Shown: in pieces, positions 44,510-53,439 of the stretch | Layout: each line of letters starts with the position of its first letter | How positions within the stretch are numbered: the first letter of the stretch is position 1 | DNA from: Escherichia virus TH58 | Reading direction: 5' to 3' (one strand) | Length of the DNA: 64,000 bases | Sequence record: MT446423.1 | Notes under the pieces: model-generated | Seen by the model: only the letters and a program-made list of their open reading frames with translations | What the model was told of the DNA's origin: nothing | Databases searched by the model: none | Made by a program: the position numbers and the translations under genes

Positions 44510-46330
44510 ATGATTAAAAATGAAATTAAGGTATTGTCAGACGTAGAACATATTAAGAAACGTAGTGGCATGTATATTGGTTCTTCGGCCAAAGAAGCCC
44601 ACGAGCGTTTTTTGTTTGGTAAATATCAACAAGTTGAATATGTTCCTGGTCTGGTTAAATTAATCGATGAGATTATTGACAACTCGGTTGATGAAGCTAT
44701 TCGTACATCATTTAAGTTTGCAAATAAAATTGATGTGCAAATTAAAAATAATCAAGTTTCTGTTGAAGATAACGGACGTGGTATTCCTCAAGGTTTAGTT
44801 ACCGACCAAACAGGTGAACAAATTCCTGGGCCTGTAGCAGCCTGGACTATTCCAAAGGCTGGCGGTAACTTTGGTGATGACTCTGAACGTAAGACTGGTG
44901 GTATGAATGGCGTCGGTAGTAGTTTAACTAATATCTTCTCTACGTTGTTTACAGGCATCACGTCAGATGGTGAAAATGAAATCACTGTTAACTGTTCAAA
45001 TGGAATGGAAAACAAATCATGGACTTCTAAGAAATCTAAAGGTAAAGGCACTAAAGTAATCTTCACTCCTGATTTCTCTTCATTCGAAGAGCATAATTTA
45101 TCTCAAATTTATTTAGATATTACTTTAGACCGACTTCAAACATTGGCAGTCGTTTATCCTGATATCAAGTTCACATTTAATGGTAAAAAGGTTGATGGTA
45201 ATTTTAAACGATTTGCTAAACAATTTGGCGAAGATAACATCATTCAAGAAAATGATAAAGTCTCTATAGCATTCACAACATCACCAGACGGCTTCCGTCA
45301 TTTAACTTATGTGAATAACATCCATACCAAAAATGGCGGTCATCATGTTGAATGTGTAATGGATGATATCTGCGAACATCTTTTGCCGGGTATTAAAAAG
45401 AAATATAAGGGTATTGAAGTCACTAAAGCTCGTGTTAAAGAATGTCTCACAATGTTGATGTTTATTAGAGACATGAGCAACATGCGTTTTGATTCTCAGA
45501 CTAAAGAACGTTTAACGTCAACGTATGGTGATATTCGTAATCATATCCAATTGGATGCTAAGAAAATTGCTCAGGCACTTCTTAAAAACGAAGCCTTGAT
45601 TATGCCTATTGTTGAAGCAGCATTAGCTCGTAAATTGGCAGCAGAAAAGGCTGCAGAAACTAAAGCAGCTAAAAAGGCAACTAAAGCTAAGGTTCATAAG
45701 CATATTAAAGCTAACCAATGTGGTAAAGATGCAGATACGACATTGTTTTTAACAGAAGGTGATTCGGCAATTGGTTATCTCATTGATGTTCGTGACCGTG
45801 AACTACACGGCGGATTCCCATTACGTGGTAAGGTGATGAATAGCTGGGGTATGTCATATGCTGATATGATGAAGAACAAAGAGCTCTTTGATATCTGTGC
45901 TATCACAGGTCTTATTCTTGGTGAAAAGGCAGAGAATACAAACTATCGTAATATTGCAATTATGACCGATGCCGATCATGACGGTCTTGGAAGTATTTAC
46001 CCGGCTTTGCTTGCTTTCTTTAGTAATTGGCCTGAATTGTTTGAACAAGGACGTATTCGCTTTGTTAAAACACCTGTAATTATTGCACAAATTGGCAAAA
46101 CTCAAAAATGGTTTTATACTGTAGCTGAGTATGAAGAAGCCAAAGATACACTGCCTAAGCATAGTATTCGATACATCAAGGGATTGGGCTCACTTCAGCG
46201 GGATGAATATAAAGAAATGATTCAAAACCCTGTGTACGATGTAGTTAAACTTCCTGAAAATTGGAAAGAACTATTTGAAATGCTCATGGGTAACGACCCT
46301 GAACTCCGTAAAGACTGGATGCTTGGTTAA
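44510..46330 (+). CDS. 39: DNA topoisomerase II large subunit (gp39 and gp60 as one continuous ORF)
   Basis: 606 aa; GHKL ATPase (IDNSVDEA), Toprim (LFLTEGDSA, IMTDADHDG); covers both the T4 gp39 and gp60 regions in a single frame. Confidence 0.9.
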   Translation: MIKNEIKVLSDVEHIKKRSGMYIGSSAKEAHERFLFGKYQQVEYVPGLVKLIDEIIDNSVDEAIRTSFKFANKIDVQIKNNQVSVEDNGRGIPQGLVTDQTGEQIPGPVAAWTIPKAGGNFGDDSERKTGGMNGVGSSLTNIFSTLFTGITSDGENEITVNCSNGMENKSWTSKKSKGKGTKVIFTPDFSSFEEHNLSQIYLDITLDRLQTLAVVYPDIKFTFNGKKVDGNFKRFAKQFGEDNIIQENDKVSIAFTTSPDGFRHLTYVNNIHTKNGGHHVECVMDDICEHLLPGIKKKYKGIEVTKARVKECLTMLMFIRDMSNMRFDSQTKERLTSTYGDIRNHIQLDAKKIAQALLKNEALIMPIVEAALARKLAAEKAAETKAAKKATKAKVHKHIKANQCGKDADTTLFLTEGDSAIGYLIDVRDRELHGGFPLRGKVMNSWGMSYADMMKNKELFDICAITGLILGEKAENTNYRNIAIMTDADHDGLGSIYPALLAFFSNWPELFEQGRIRFVKTPVIIAQIGKTQKWFYTVAEYEEAKDTLPKHSIRYIKGLGSLQRDEYKEMIQNPVYDVVKLPENWKELFEMLMGNDPELRKDWMLG

Positions 46331-46344
46331 TTGATAGATGTCCT

Positions 46345-46376
46345 AAGCTCCTGAAGGAGCTTCATTTTAATTTTTA
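46345..46376 (+). terminator. putative terminator
   Basis: AAGCTCC-tgaa-GGAGCTT followed by CATTTTAATTTTT. Confidence 0.5.
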
Positions 46377-46389
46377 ATAAGGCTTAATT

Positions 46390-47490
46390 ATGAAAGTTAT
46401 GTTTATCCCATCTCGTGCGGTCCCATTTAATCCTGACCGTGTACAAGGTGGCCTTGAAGCAGTACATTTAAATGTGTTGAAATATTTAGTTTCTATTGGT
46501 GCTGATATTGATTATATCGGTTTTGATAATGACACGTTTGGTGACTGGAAAGTTACACACCATCCTGTTGGTCATCTGACTAAATTCAGTCTAGGTATGA
46601 GTTATACTATGGCTCGTAAGATTGTTGAACTAGCCGGCATCCATGAATACGATTTTGTTGTTACTATGGAACCGACTAAACTAACCGTTCAGGCAATTAA
46701 AGACGCAGGTCTCTCTAAAGTTCATAAGAATTTTATGGCAACACCATTTGAACCGGTATCTCGTGGCATTGTTCAAATTTGGGACCAGACTATTCAAATT
46801 CATAAGAATGGTGGTAAGAGTTATGCTCCTACTAAAGCCTTCCGTGAATTTGAACGTAAATATTGTTATATGACTTCAGGTCTGACTGACAAAATTGATT
46901 ATGATTATTGGCGAGCAAATCCGTTGTTTGAAGCCGAAGATTATCCGGTTATTTGTTTGAATGAGAAACCTGAAGTTCTTCCGGCGACTGATTTGATTAT
47001 TAGTGCACAACGTTATGACACTAAAATGCGTCGTACTGATGTTGCTCTTGAAGCGATTAAAGCACTAGGCGAAAATGGTGTAGGATATTGTCCAAGCAAA
47101 TGGGCACCACCAGCTAAATATCCTGTTATTATTGATGCTCAACATAGTGAAATCATGGAACGTCTTAAAACAGCTAAAGCACTTATTAATACGTGTCCTG
47201 ACACAGGTACGGTAGAGAATAGTTCTATTGAAGCCATCTCTAAAGGTGTCCCTGTAATCCAGTTAGTTTTTAAGGATTATCCTCATGCGACATTCGAATA
47301 CGACCCAGATACTGTGCGTGTAGAAATTGATTCCTCTACTCCTAAGAAAGAAGTAGTTGCGCTTTACACAAAAGCTGTATTAGAATTCACTGACACATAC
47401 GAAGCTCGAGTTAAACGTGCTGAAGCAGTATGGAAGAAGTATAATCGAGATGCAGTTGTTGCGATGTGGGATAAAATCTTCACAGCGTAA
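46390..47490 (+). CDS. GT-B-fold glycosyltransferase (GT1/GT4-like), 366 aa; second candidate DNA-modifying glycosyltransferase
   Basis: N-terminal MKVMFIPSRAV..GGLEAVHLNV and C-terminal GTVENSSIEAISKGVPVI resemble GT-B donor-binding motifs; absent from T4 at this locus. Confidence 0.6.
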   Translation: MKVMFIPSRAVPFNPDRVQGGLEAVHLNVLKYLVSIGADIDYIGFDNDTFGDWKVTHHPVGHLTKFSLGMSYTMARKIVELAGIHEYDFVVTMEPTKLTVQAIKDAGLSKVHKNFMATPFEPVSRGIVQIWDQTIQIHKNGGKSYAPTKAFREFERKYCYMTSGLTDKIDYDYWRANPLFEAEDYPVICLNEKPEVLPATDLIISAQRYDTKMRRTDVALEAIKALGENGVGYCPSKWAPPAKYPVIIDAQHSEIMERLKTAKALINTCPDTGTVENSSIEAISKGVPVIQLVFKDYPHATFEYDPDTVRVEIDSSTPKKEVVALYTKAVLEFTDTYEARVKRAEAVWKKYNRDAVVAMWDKIFTA

Positions 47491-47506
47491 ATCCTGAATA
47501 GCCTGA

Positions 47507-47557
47507 GGCACTATTACACATAAGATGATAAATTATATGGTCTTTAGTAATAGTGCC
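47507..47557 (+). repeat. perfect 11-bp inverted repeat with 29-nt loop
   Basis: GGCACTATTAC ..29 nt.. GTAATAGTGCC between glycosyltransferase gene and ORF 47583. Confidence 0.5.
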
Positions 47558-47582
47558 CTAGCAATCTACTGAAGAGAATATT

Positions 47583-47783
47583 ATGAGAACGTATAACGTA
47601 GACTTGGAACTTTTTGATAAAGCAGTGCTCCGGGAATTCCGGCTTATCCAAAGATTTTTTGATATCGAATCAGCTGAAGCCTTTAAAGAACGCTTTAAGG
47701 AAATTCGATATAAAATACAAAACGATACAGCTACTAAAGAAGAACTTCTTGAAGTAGCAGAAATTTTTAAACGTAACTTGTGA
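47583..47783 (+). CDS. hypothetical protein (66 aa) upstream of rIIA
   Basis: Track ORF with GAAGAGAA SD. Confidence 0.5.
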   Translation: MRTYNVDLELFDKAVLREFRLIQRFFDIESAEAFKERFKEIRYKIQNDTATKEELLEVAEIFKRNL

Positions 47784-47795
47784 TGAGAGAAAAAT

Positions 47796-50009
47796 ATGAT
47801 TATTGAAACGGCTAAAGAAACGATTATTGGTTCAGGCGGTAAGAGCACAGCATTTACTATTCAAGGCAATAGCAAAGTTTATAAGATTTTGTCTAATGAC
47901 CTTTATACAAACAAAGAATTGGCTTGTGTACGTGAATTAATCACAAACTGTATCGATGGACAAATTCTTAACGGTTGCACTGATAAGTTTATTGTTCAGG
48001 CTCCAGGTCGTTTAGACCCGCGTTTTGTAGTTCGAGACTTTGGTCCTGGTATGAGTGATTTCACCATTCGAGGTAATGACGAAGAGCCAGGAATCTATAA
48101 CTCATATTTTGCTTCAACTAAAACATCGAGTAACGATTTCATTGGTGGATTCGGACTCGGCTCTAAAGCTCCACTAGCATATACCGATACGTTTAACCTT
48201 ACGTCTTATCACAACGGTGAAGTTCGTGGTTATGTAATTTATCAAGATGACAGTGGTCCACAAATTAAGCCAACCTTTGTAGATAAGATGGGCCCTGATG
48301 ACCGGACTGGCGTTGAAGTAGTTGTGCCTGTTAACCCAGAAGATTTTGAAAAGTTCGCATCTGAAATTGCATATGTTATGCGTCCTCTAGGTGATATTGC
48401 AGAAGTTCGTGGTGTTAAAGATATCAAATACTTCCCTGAATTTGACGATGTATATTTGGCCAAGGAAGCTCCATGGGGTGAACGCGGTAATATCATGGCT
48501 GTTTATGGCGGTATTGTATATCCAATCGGAAGTGTTATTAAAGAACAAACGTGGATGATGACGCGATGCACTACAGCTTATATTAAATTCCCTATGGGTG
48601 AACTAGATGTAGCTCCGTCTCGTGAAGCATTGTCATTTGATAAACGTACAGTAGCAAATATCCATAAACGTGTTGCAGAAATCGATGCTAAATTGTTCGC
48701 TGAAGATTCTAAGAAATGGATTGATTGTAAATACCCACGTCATGTGTTCCGTGAAATTGATTCTCTTGGCTATACCGCTCGTAAATACATGGAAAAGGCC
48801 GGGTCTAATATTGAATCACTGAAATACTCTAAAGAACAACTAACTTATTCTGAGTTGTACAAACGTTTTAAAATGGGGCCTGAGTGGTGTAATCTTGGTG
48901 TCGTATACGATATCGTTGAATCCCCTCGTCTTCGTCGTATTCGTGAAAGCGGTAGCTCAACGGCAACCATTTCAATTAACAGTCTGATTGGCATTAACAT
49001 TAAAAATGTTGAAATTGTTATTGACGACGTTAAGGGACGCGTTCCATTAATGCGAGCTCTTAATTCAATTGAAATGTCTAAAGACGAGGTTAAATTAACC
49101 GGTAAAGTTCCACGCGGTTTTGGTAAAAGCGTACTATTCGTTGACCCTACAGACGAAGATGCAATGAAACTTCTGGAACGCCTTAAAGTTATCTTTGATG
49201 GCGACAACATTAACATGTACAAGACTTCAGAGCTTTTACAAATCGTTAAGCCATGGATTGAAGTCAGGAAACGGACTAATGAGCCTCGTCCTAAATCGCC
49301 AAGTGCTCATCGATTCTTTAAGAATGAAAACGATGTTTGGGTATCAGAAGACCTCTTTATTCCGGCAAGTGAAGCAGATGAAATCCAAGGTTATGCTATA
49401 GTTCGTAATCGTTCTAATGCTGAATGTCTTGACGCAGATAAAGGTTGGTTGAACTATGACTCCAATTTCTTAACCCGTATTGCTGATTTGTCAGGTATTA
49501 AAGAGTTCACTGTAGTTCGTCCACAGATTGCTAAGAAAGTTCGTAAACTTGGTGAAGTAGAATGCTTGTTCGAAAAATCAATTAATGACTATATTACGCT
49601 AATCGATAAAGTGGATTATGATGAGTATGTATCACCAAGTCGTAGAGCACAGCCTTATTTGAATCATATTACTCGTAATGAAGAGCTTAACTTCCTTAGT
49701 AAGTATTTTAGCTCTAAGAACAAAGAAATCAGTAAAGACTTTGCAAAGCTCTCAACAGTAAATAATCGTTGGGGATGGAATCGATTCGCAGGTGCTACTA
49801 ATACAGACCTGAATAAGAAGTTAGAATTGTGTGCTAAAATTTTCGATAAGCTTAAAGATAATGCTTACGATAATGATGATAAAATGGTTATTGAATTTGA
49901 AACCAATTATCATATTGTGTCAGAATACATGGGACGACGTGGTACTCTTTCTAAAGAACAGGTCGCTCAAATCGTTAAATTCATGAAGGCCGTGGAAGCG
50001 GCCAAATAA
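47796..50009 (+). CDS. rIIA: rIIA protein
   Basis: 737 aa; N-terminal GHKL-like ATPase region; followed by rIIB as in T4. Confidence 0.9.
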   Translation: MIIETAKETIIGSGGKSTAFTIQGNSKVYKILSNDLYTNKELACVRELITNCIDGQILNGCTDKFIVQAPGRLDPRFVVRDFGPGMSDFTIRGNDEEPGIYNSYFASTKTSSNDFIGGFGLGSKAPLAYTDTFNLTSYHNGEVRGYVIYQDDSGPQIKPTFVDKMGPDDRTGVEVVVPVNPEDFEKFASEIAYVMRPLGDIAEVRGVKDIKYFPEFDDVYLAKEAPWGERGNIMAVYGGIVYPIGSVIKEQTWMMTRCTTAYIKFPMGELDVAPSREALSFDKRTVANIHKRVAEIDAKLFAEDSKKWIDCKYPRHVFREIDSLGYTARKYMEKAGSNIESLKYSKEQLTYSELYKRFKMGPEWCNLGVVYDIVESPRLRRIRESGSSTATISINSLIGINIKNVEIVIDDVKGRVPLMRALNSIEMSKDEVKLTGKVPRGFGKSVLFVDPTDEDAMKLLERLKVIFDGDNINMYKTSELLQIVKPWIEVRKRTNEPRPKSPSAHRFFKNENDVWVSEDLFIPASEADEIQGYAIVRNRSNAECLDADKGWLNYDSNFLTRIADLSGIKEFTVVRPQIAKKVRKLGEVECLFEKSINDYITLIDKVDYDEYVSPSRRAQPYLNHITRNEELNFLSKYFSSKNKEISKDFAKLSTVNNRWGWNRFAGATNTDLNKKLELCAKIFDKLKDNAYDNDDKMVIEFETNYHIVSEYMGRRGTLSKEQVAQIVKFMKAVEAAK

Positions 50010-50018
50010 GGAAACATT

Positions 50019-50966
50019 ATGTACAATATCAAATGCTTGTCCCAAGAAGAACAGTTAGAAGCTTACGGCCTGGTTGAATCAGGCAAATGGACTCGTAAAG
50101 AAATTGCTGATTACTTCGACATTTCAACAGATACTCTTCGTAAGATTGTTAAGAATTTTAAAGCTGAAGGCGTTGTCCCTGAAGCAAACGATGCCTCTTA
50201 TGTAATCGAAGAAGTTCCAGAAAATAATGAACCTATTATTACAGGTCACCGTCCAGAAATAGTATGGAACGCGTCATCTAAATTTATTTCAATCATTGAA
50301 GGACGCGTAGCATACAATGCGACCCCATCAAGTCATGCAAATTTTGAAGAAATTAAAGCTAATTTGGTCGCAGGAAACCTTAGTAAAGCTGTCGAACTTA
50401 TTAACATCAAGAAAGCTATTAGTAAGTTTGTTGACGGTAATGTTGTTATTGAAGGTGGTAGTTTATTTTATCAAGGTATAGAGATTCGTTCTGGTCTGGT
50501 TAATCGTATTATTGATTCTATGGAAAAAGGCGAAGACTTTAAATTCTATCTACCGTTCCTTGAAAACCTGTTAGAAAACCCAAGCGAAAAAGCTGTACAA
50601 CGTTTATTCGACTTCTTGGTTGCAAATGATATTGAAATCACTGAAGATGGGCATTTCTACGCGTGGAAAGTAGTTCGTAAAGATTATTTAGATTGCTATA
50701 GCGGTACATTTGATAACTCACCAGGTAAAGTTGTTTCAATGCCTCGTACTCGTGTTAACGATGATGATACACAAACCTGCTCCCGTGGTCTACATGTTTG
50801 CGCTAAATCGTATATTCGTTACTTTGGTTCTAGCTCAGATAAAGTTGTTAAGGTTAAAGTTCATCCACGTGATGTTGTGTCCATCCCAGTTGACTATGGC
50901 GATGCTAAGATGCGTACTTGTCGTTATGAAGTAATTTCAGACGTTACTGAATTATTTGCAGAATAA
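50019..50966 (+). CDS. rIIB: rIIB protein
   Basis: 315 aa directly downstream of rIIA; T4 size and synteny. Confidence 0.88.
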   Translation: MYNIKCLSQEEQLEAYGLVESGKWTRKEIADYFDISTDTLRKIVKNFKAEGVVPEANDASYVIEEVPENNEPIITGHRPEIVWNASSKFISIIEGRVAYNATPSSHANFEEIKANLVAGNLSKAVELINIKKAISKFVDGNVVIEGGSLFYQGIEIRSGLVNRIIDSMEKGEDFKFYLPFLENLLENPSEKAVQRLFDFLVANDIEITEDGHFYAWKVVRKDYLDCYSGTFDNSPGKVVSMPRTRVNDDDTQTCSRGLHVCAKSYIRYFGSSSDKVVKVKVHPRDVVSIPVDYGDAKMRTCRYEVISDVTELFAE

Positions 50967-50971
50967 TAATT

Positions 50972-50994
50972 GGGGACTTCGGTCCCCTTTTTTT
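50972..50994 (+). terminator. rho-independent terminator
   Basis: GGGGAC-ttcg-GTCCCC followed by seven T. Confidence 0.85.
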
Positions 50995-51008
50995 CTTTAG
51001 GGGTAATT

Positions 51009-51296
51009 ATGATTCATCCATTTGACGTATCAGAATCCAAAATTGCTAATCTTCGTGGTCATCATAAGTGTAAATCAGTTTATTGTGCTAAATTGGTAAA
51101 ACATCCTGGCGATGCACACTACGGTTGGTTAGAATGCGACGAAGTTGTTATTGAAATCCCACCGGTAGATGCAGAATATCTTGAAGAAGGTGACCGCATT
51201 TATTTTGGCGAACTACACATCAGAGGTATCTATGGTAAAGACGAACTTGGGACTGTTGAGACTGAAGAATCTTCCGACATTTATCCTGTCGAATGA
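51009..51296 (+). CDS. hypothetical protein (95 aa)
   Basis: Internal ATG (MIHPFDV) of track ORF 50970-51296; the track start lies inside the terminator. Confidence 0.45.
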   Translation: MIHPFDVSESKIANLRGHHKCKSVYCAKLVKHPGDAHYGWLECDEVVIEIPPVDAEYLEEGDRIYFGELHIRGIYGKDELGTVETEESSDIYPVE

Positions 51297-51312
51297 GTTT
51301 TTGACTAGTGAA

Positions 51313-51789
51313 ATGAAGGTGAAGATTGCTGACACTGCTCGGTATTCCCTGAGCCAAAATCCTGACCAAAACAAAGAAGATGTAGTTCGACGTTGTAAGG
51401 TTGCGGTCTTTGCAGAGTATGTAGTAGCAAATTGGCTAGACGGATATGTTAATAAAGGTATTGAAGATGTAGAAGACCCGTACACGTATGCATGGGACGT
51501 GTTAGCCCATCCCAAATATTGTGGAATTCGTGTAGAAGTCAAGACACACCAGATAGATTCTAAATGGATTTCTGTTACCACAGGATACAGTGGTGATTAT
51601 CCGGGTGGCAACGGAATCAATATAGGGCCCTTCTTGAACCATCGAGTCGCAGATTGCATTATTATATTAGATGTCAAAGAAACCTCACCTGACGTCTTCT
51701 CTTATTCTATAAAGTTCGTGGGAGACCATGAAGACCTAAAGAAAATCGTCCGCAAGAGCAACTACAATGGGTGGTATCTTCAACTTTAA
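51313..51789 (+). CDS. hypothetical protein (158 aa), at the T4 denB position
   Basis: First non-overlapping ATG of track ORF 51169-51789; start uncertain; no endonuclease motif recognised. Confidence 0.4.
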   Translation: MKVKIADTARYSLSQNPDQNKEDVVRRCKVAVFAEYVVANWLDGYVNKGIEDVEDPYTYAWDVLAHPKYCGIRVEVKTHQIDSKWISVTTGYSGDYPGGNGINIGPFLNHRVADCIIILDVKETSPDVFSYSIKFVGDHEDLKKIVRKSNYNGWYLQL

Positions 51790-51801
51790 TTTCATAAAAG
51801 T

Positions 51802-51831
51802 GTTTACAACTAAGTAGGACTATGATATAGT
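51802..51831 (+). promoter_or_regulatory. early promoter (-35 GTTTAC, -10 TATAGT)
   Basis: GTTTAC, 18-nt spacer, TATAGT then AGTCCTATC. Confidence 0.55.
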
Positions 51832-51857
51832 AGTCCTATCTAAAAGAGGATAACATC

Positions 51858-52121
51858 ATGAAATTTAAATTTTTCTACGCAAAACATAAAGTAACAGGCG
51901 AATTTGTTTCAATGTACAACACTGCAGATGACGAAGGGATGATTTATACCCATTTGGGACTATCTCATTGGGACTCAGACGTGCCTTATATGTCATCTGA
52001 AGCCGAAATAACTCGTCTGGTTAATGGACATATGAACGACCATTTTAGTGTTATTCTTTCTAAAGACCTTAAAGAGGTTATCAACAAAGGATATATGGAA
52101 CTCGCGGAAGTTGAGATATGA
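51858..52121 (+). CDS. hypothetical protein (87 aa)
   Basis: Track ORF with AGAGGA SD. Confidence 0.5.
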   Translation: MKFKFFYAKHKVTGEFVSMYNTADDEGMIYTHLGLSHWDSDVPYMSSEAEITRLVNGHMNDHFSVILSKDLKEVINKGYMELAEVEI

Positions 52122-52204
52122 GCTCTAAAATGTGGATCGGAATATGGTTGCTTAGTATCCCTATGATTTGTATAATATTTTCAATTGCATTGAGGTACTT
52201 ATGA
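52118..52204 (+). CDS. small hydrophobic peptide (28 aa)
   Basis: ORF read by eye; ATGA overlap with upstream stop; single TM-like segment. Confidence 0.25.
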   Translation: MSSKMWIGIWLLSIPMICIIFSIALRYL

Positions 52205-52311
52205 AAAATGCACTTCTTATTGTACTAAGAACAATTTGCGATACAGGTTTTTACATCGCATGTTCGTTCACCGGAACATGGTTGGCTTTAACATATTTTA
52301 ATGTAATTTAA
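52201..52311 (+). CDS. small hydrophobic peptide (36 aa)
   Basis: ORF read by eye; GAGG SD 6 nt upstream of ATG. Confidence 0.3.
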   Translation: MKNALLIVLRTICDTGFYIACSFTGTWLALTYFNVI

Positions 52312-52313
52312 TT

Positions 52314-52343
52314 GTTTACATCAAGGTAGGATTATGGTATAGT
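52314..52343 (+). promoter_or_regulatory. early promoter (-35 GTTTAC, -10 TATAGT)
   Basis: GTTTAC, 18-nt spacer, TATAGT then AGTCCTAC. Confidence 0.55.
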
Positions 52344-52371
52344 AGTCCTACTGAAACATGAGGAACACAAA

Positions 52372-52572
52372 ATGGCTAAGCTTTTTAAAGATGTTGAAAT
52401 TGGTGAAAAATTTGTTCTGAATAATGGTCAGCAGCTTATTCGTGTAGCTTCTATCGCCGGACAAACTCATAACTGTATCGCCCCAACGTGTTGGACTCGA
52501 TTCTTTATTGAAGATGATACTGAATGTTTAACTGTTGAAGAGCTTTTTGAACGTTCTGATATGGCCGAATAA
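52372..52572 (+). CDS. hypothetical protein (66 aa)
   Basis: Track ORF with GAGGAA SD. Confidence 0.45.
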   Translation: MAKLFKDVEIGEKFVLNNGQQLIRVASIAGQTHNCIAPTCWTRFFIEDDTECLTVEELFERSDMAE

Positions 52573-52574
52573 AA

Positions 52575-52604
52575 TTGTACAAACTCTTGAGAGCAGAGTA
52601 TAAT
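52575..52604 (+). promoter_or_regulatory. early promoter (-35 TTGTAC, -10 TATAAT) with -10 inside a short hairpin
   Basis: TTGTAC-aaactcttgagagcagag-TATAAT; TGAGAGCA..TGCTCTCA inverted repeat spans the -10; near-identical copy at 8343. Confidence 0.5.
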
Positions 52605-52648
52605 GCTCTCATGGATTACAAAAACATTAATCAATTGAGGAAATTAGC

Positions 52649-53095
52649 ATGTCCAAATATTTAACTCGTAAAGACCTTCTGGCAGTTGGCGGTGAAGTTG
52701 TTGCAGTAGTTCGTAATGGCGAATACGGTTCTGAAGTTTCTAAAGAGTTTCGTTCTCGTGAAGGTTTTTACTTCTTTGTTAAAGGTTCATCTGATTGGCG
52801 TCAAGTAGCAGCACGATTCTTTGTAGGACGTCAACGTTCTAAACAAGGGTTGGATGCAATTCTTTCTCACATTCGTCAAGGCCGTTCGCAACTAGCCCGT
52901 ACCATGGGCACTAACAATATTGAATATGATGTAATCTTTGTTGCAGCTAAGAACATGAAACCACTGACTACTGGTTATGGTAAAGGACAATTGGCTCTAG
53001 CATTCACTCGCAATCATACATCAGAATATCAAACACTCACTGAAATGAACCGTCTTCTGGCAGATAATTTCAAATTCATTCTGCAGAGTTACTAA
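52649..53095 (+). CDS. ndd: nucleoid disruption protein Ndd
   Basis: 148 aa; ..[61 protein letters not shown] matches T4 Ndd as remembered. Confidence 0.85.
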   Translation: MSKYLTRKDLLAVGGEVVAVVRNGEYGSEVSKEFRSREGFYFFVKGSSDWRQVAARFFVGRQRSKQGLDAILSHIRQGRSQLARTMGTNNIEYDVIFVAAKNMKPLTTGYGKGQLALAFTRNHTSEYQTLTEMNRLLADNFKFILQSY

Positions 53096-53102
53096 TTTAT
53101 AC

Positions 53103-53136
53103 GGGCCTATTAAGTTGGCCCTTTAATTTATTTTTT
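53103..53136 (+). terminator. rho-independent terminator
   Basis: GGGCC-9 nt loop-GGCCC followed by TTTAATTTATTTTTT. Confidence 0.6.
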
Positions 53137-53148
53137 GAGGTAATTAAA

Positions 53149-53295
53149 ATGGTAACATGGATTATTGCATTGCTGTGTTGGACGTTTTTATTCGTTAACA
53201 CTTTAGTTACAGGCGAAACAACAGTATTTCAACAGGCGGTGTCACAAGGTACTTTAGCGGTCTTAGCTCTTTTTAACGTATTAAAAGGCGAGTAA
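53149..53295 (+). CDS. small membrane protein (48 aa), possible ac-like
   Basis: ORF read by eye between ndd and gene 52; hydrophobic; T4 carries ac and stp here. Confidence 0.35.
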   Translation: MVTWIIALLCWTFLFVNTLVTGETTVFQQAVSQGTLAVLALFNVLKGE

Positions 53296-53435
53296 TGATT
53301 AAGAAAATCTTAGCAGGAGCCTTCGGGCTCTTGTTGTTGCTTATGGTTCTGTACTATGGTGTGATGTTTGGACTAATCCAAGTAGTGCTTTTCATTTCAG
53401 ATGTTATAATGACTATTCGTTCATTAATATGGTGA
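53295..53435 (+). CDS. small membrane protein (46 aa)
   Basis: ORF read by eye; TAATG overlap with previous small ORF; hydrophobic. Confidence 0.35.
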   Translation: MIKKILAGAFGLLLLLMVLYYGVMFGLIQVVLFISDVIMTIRSLIW

Positions 53436-53439
53436 AAAT

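Noticed and set aside
51169-51312. N-terminal extension of track ORF 51169-51789 overlapping the upstream gene by about 128 nt
   Set aside because: Long out-of-frame overlap with ORF 51009-51296 is unlikely; first non-overlapping ATG (51313) preferred, though the true start remains uncertain
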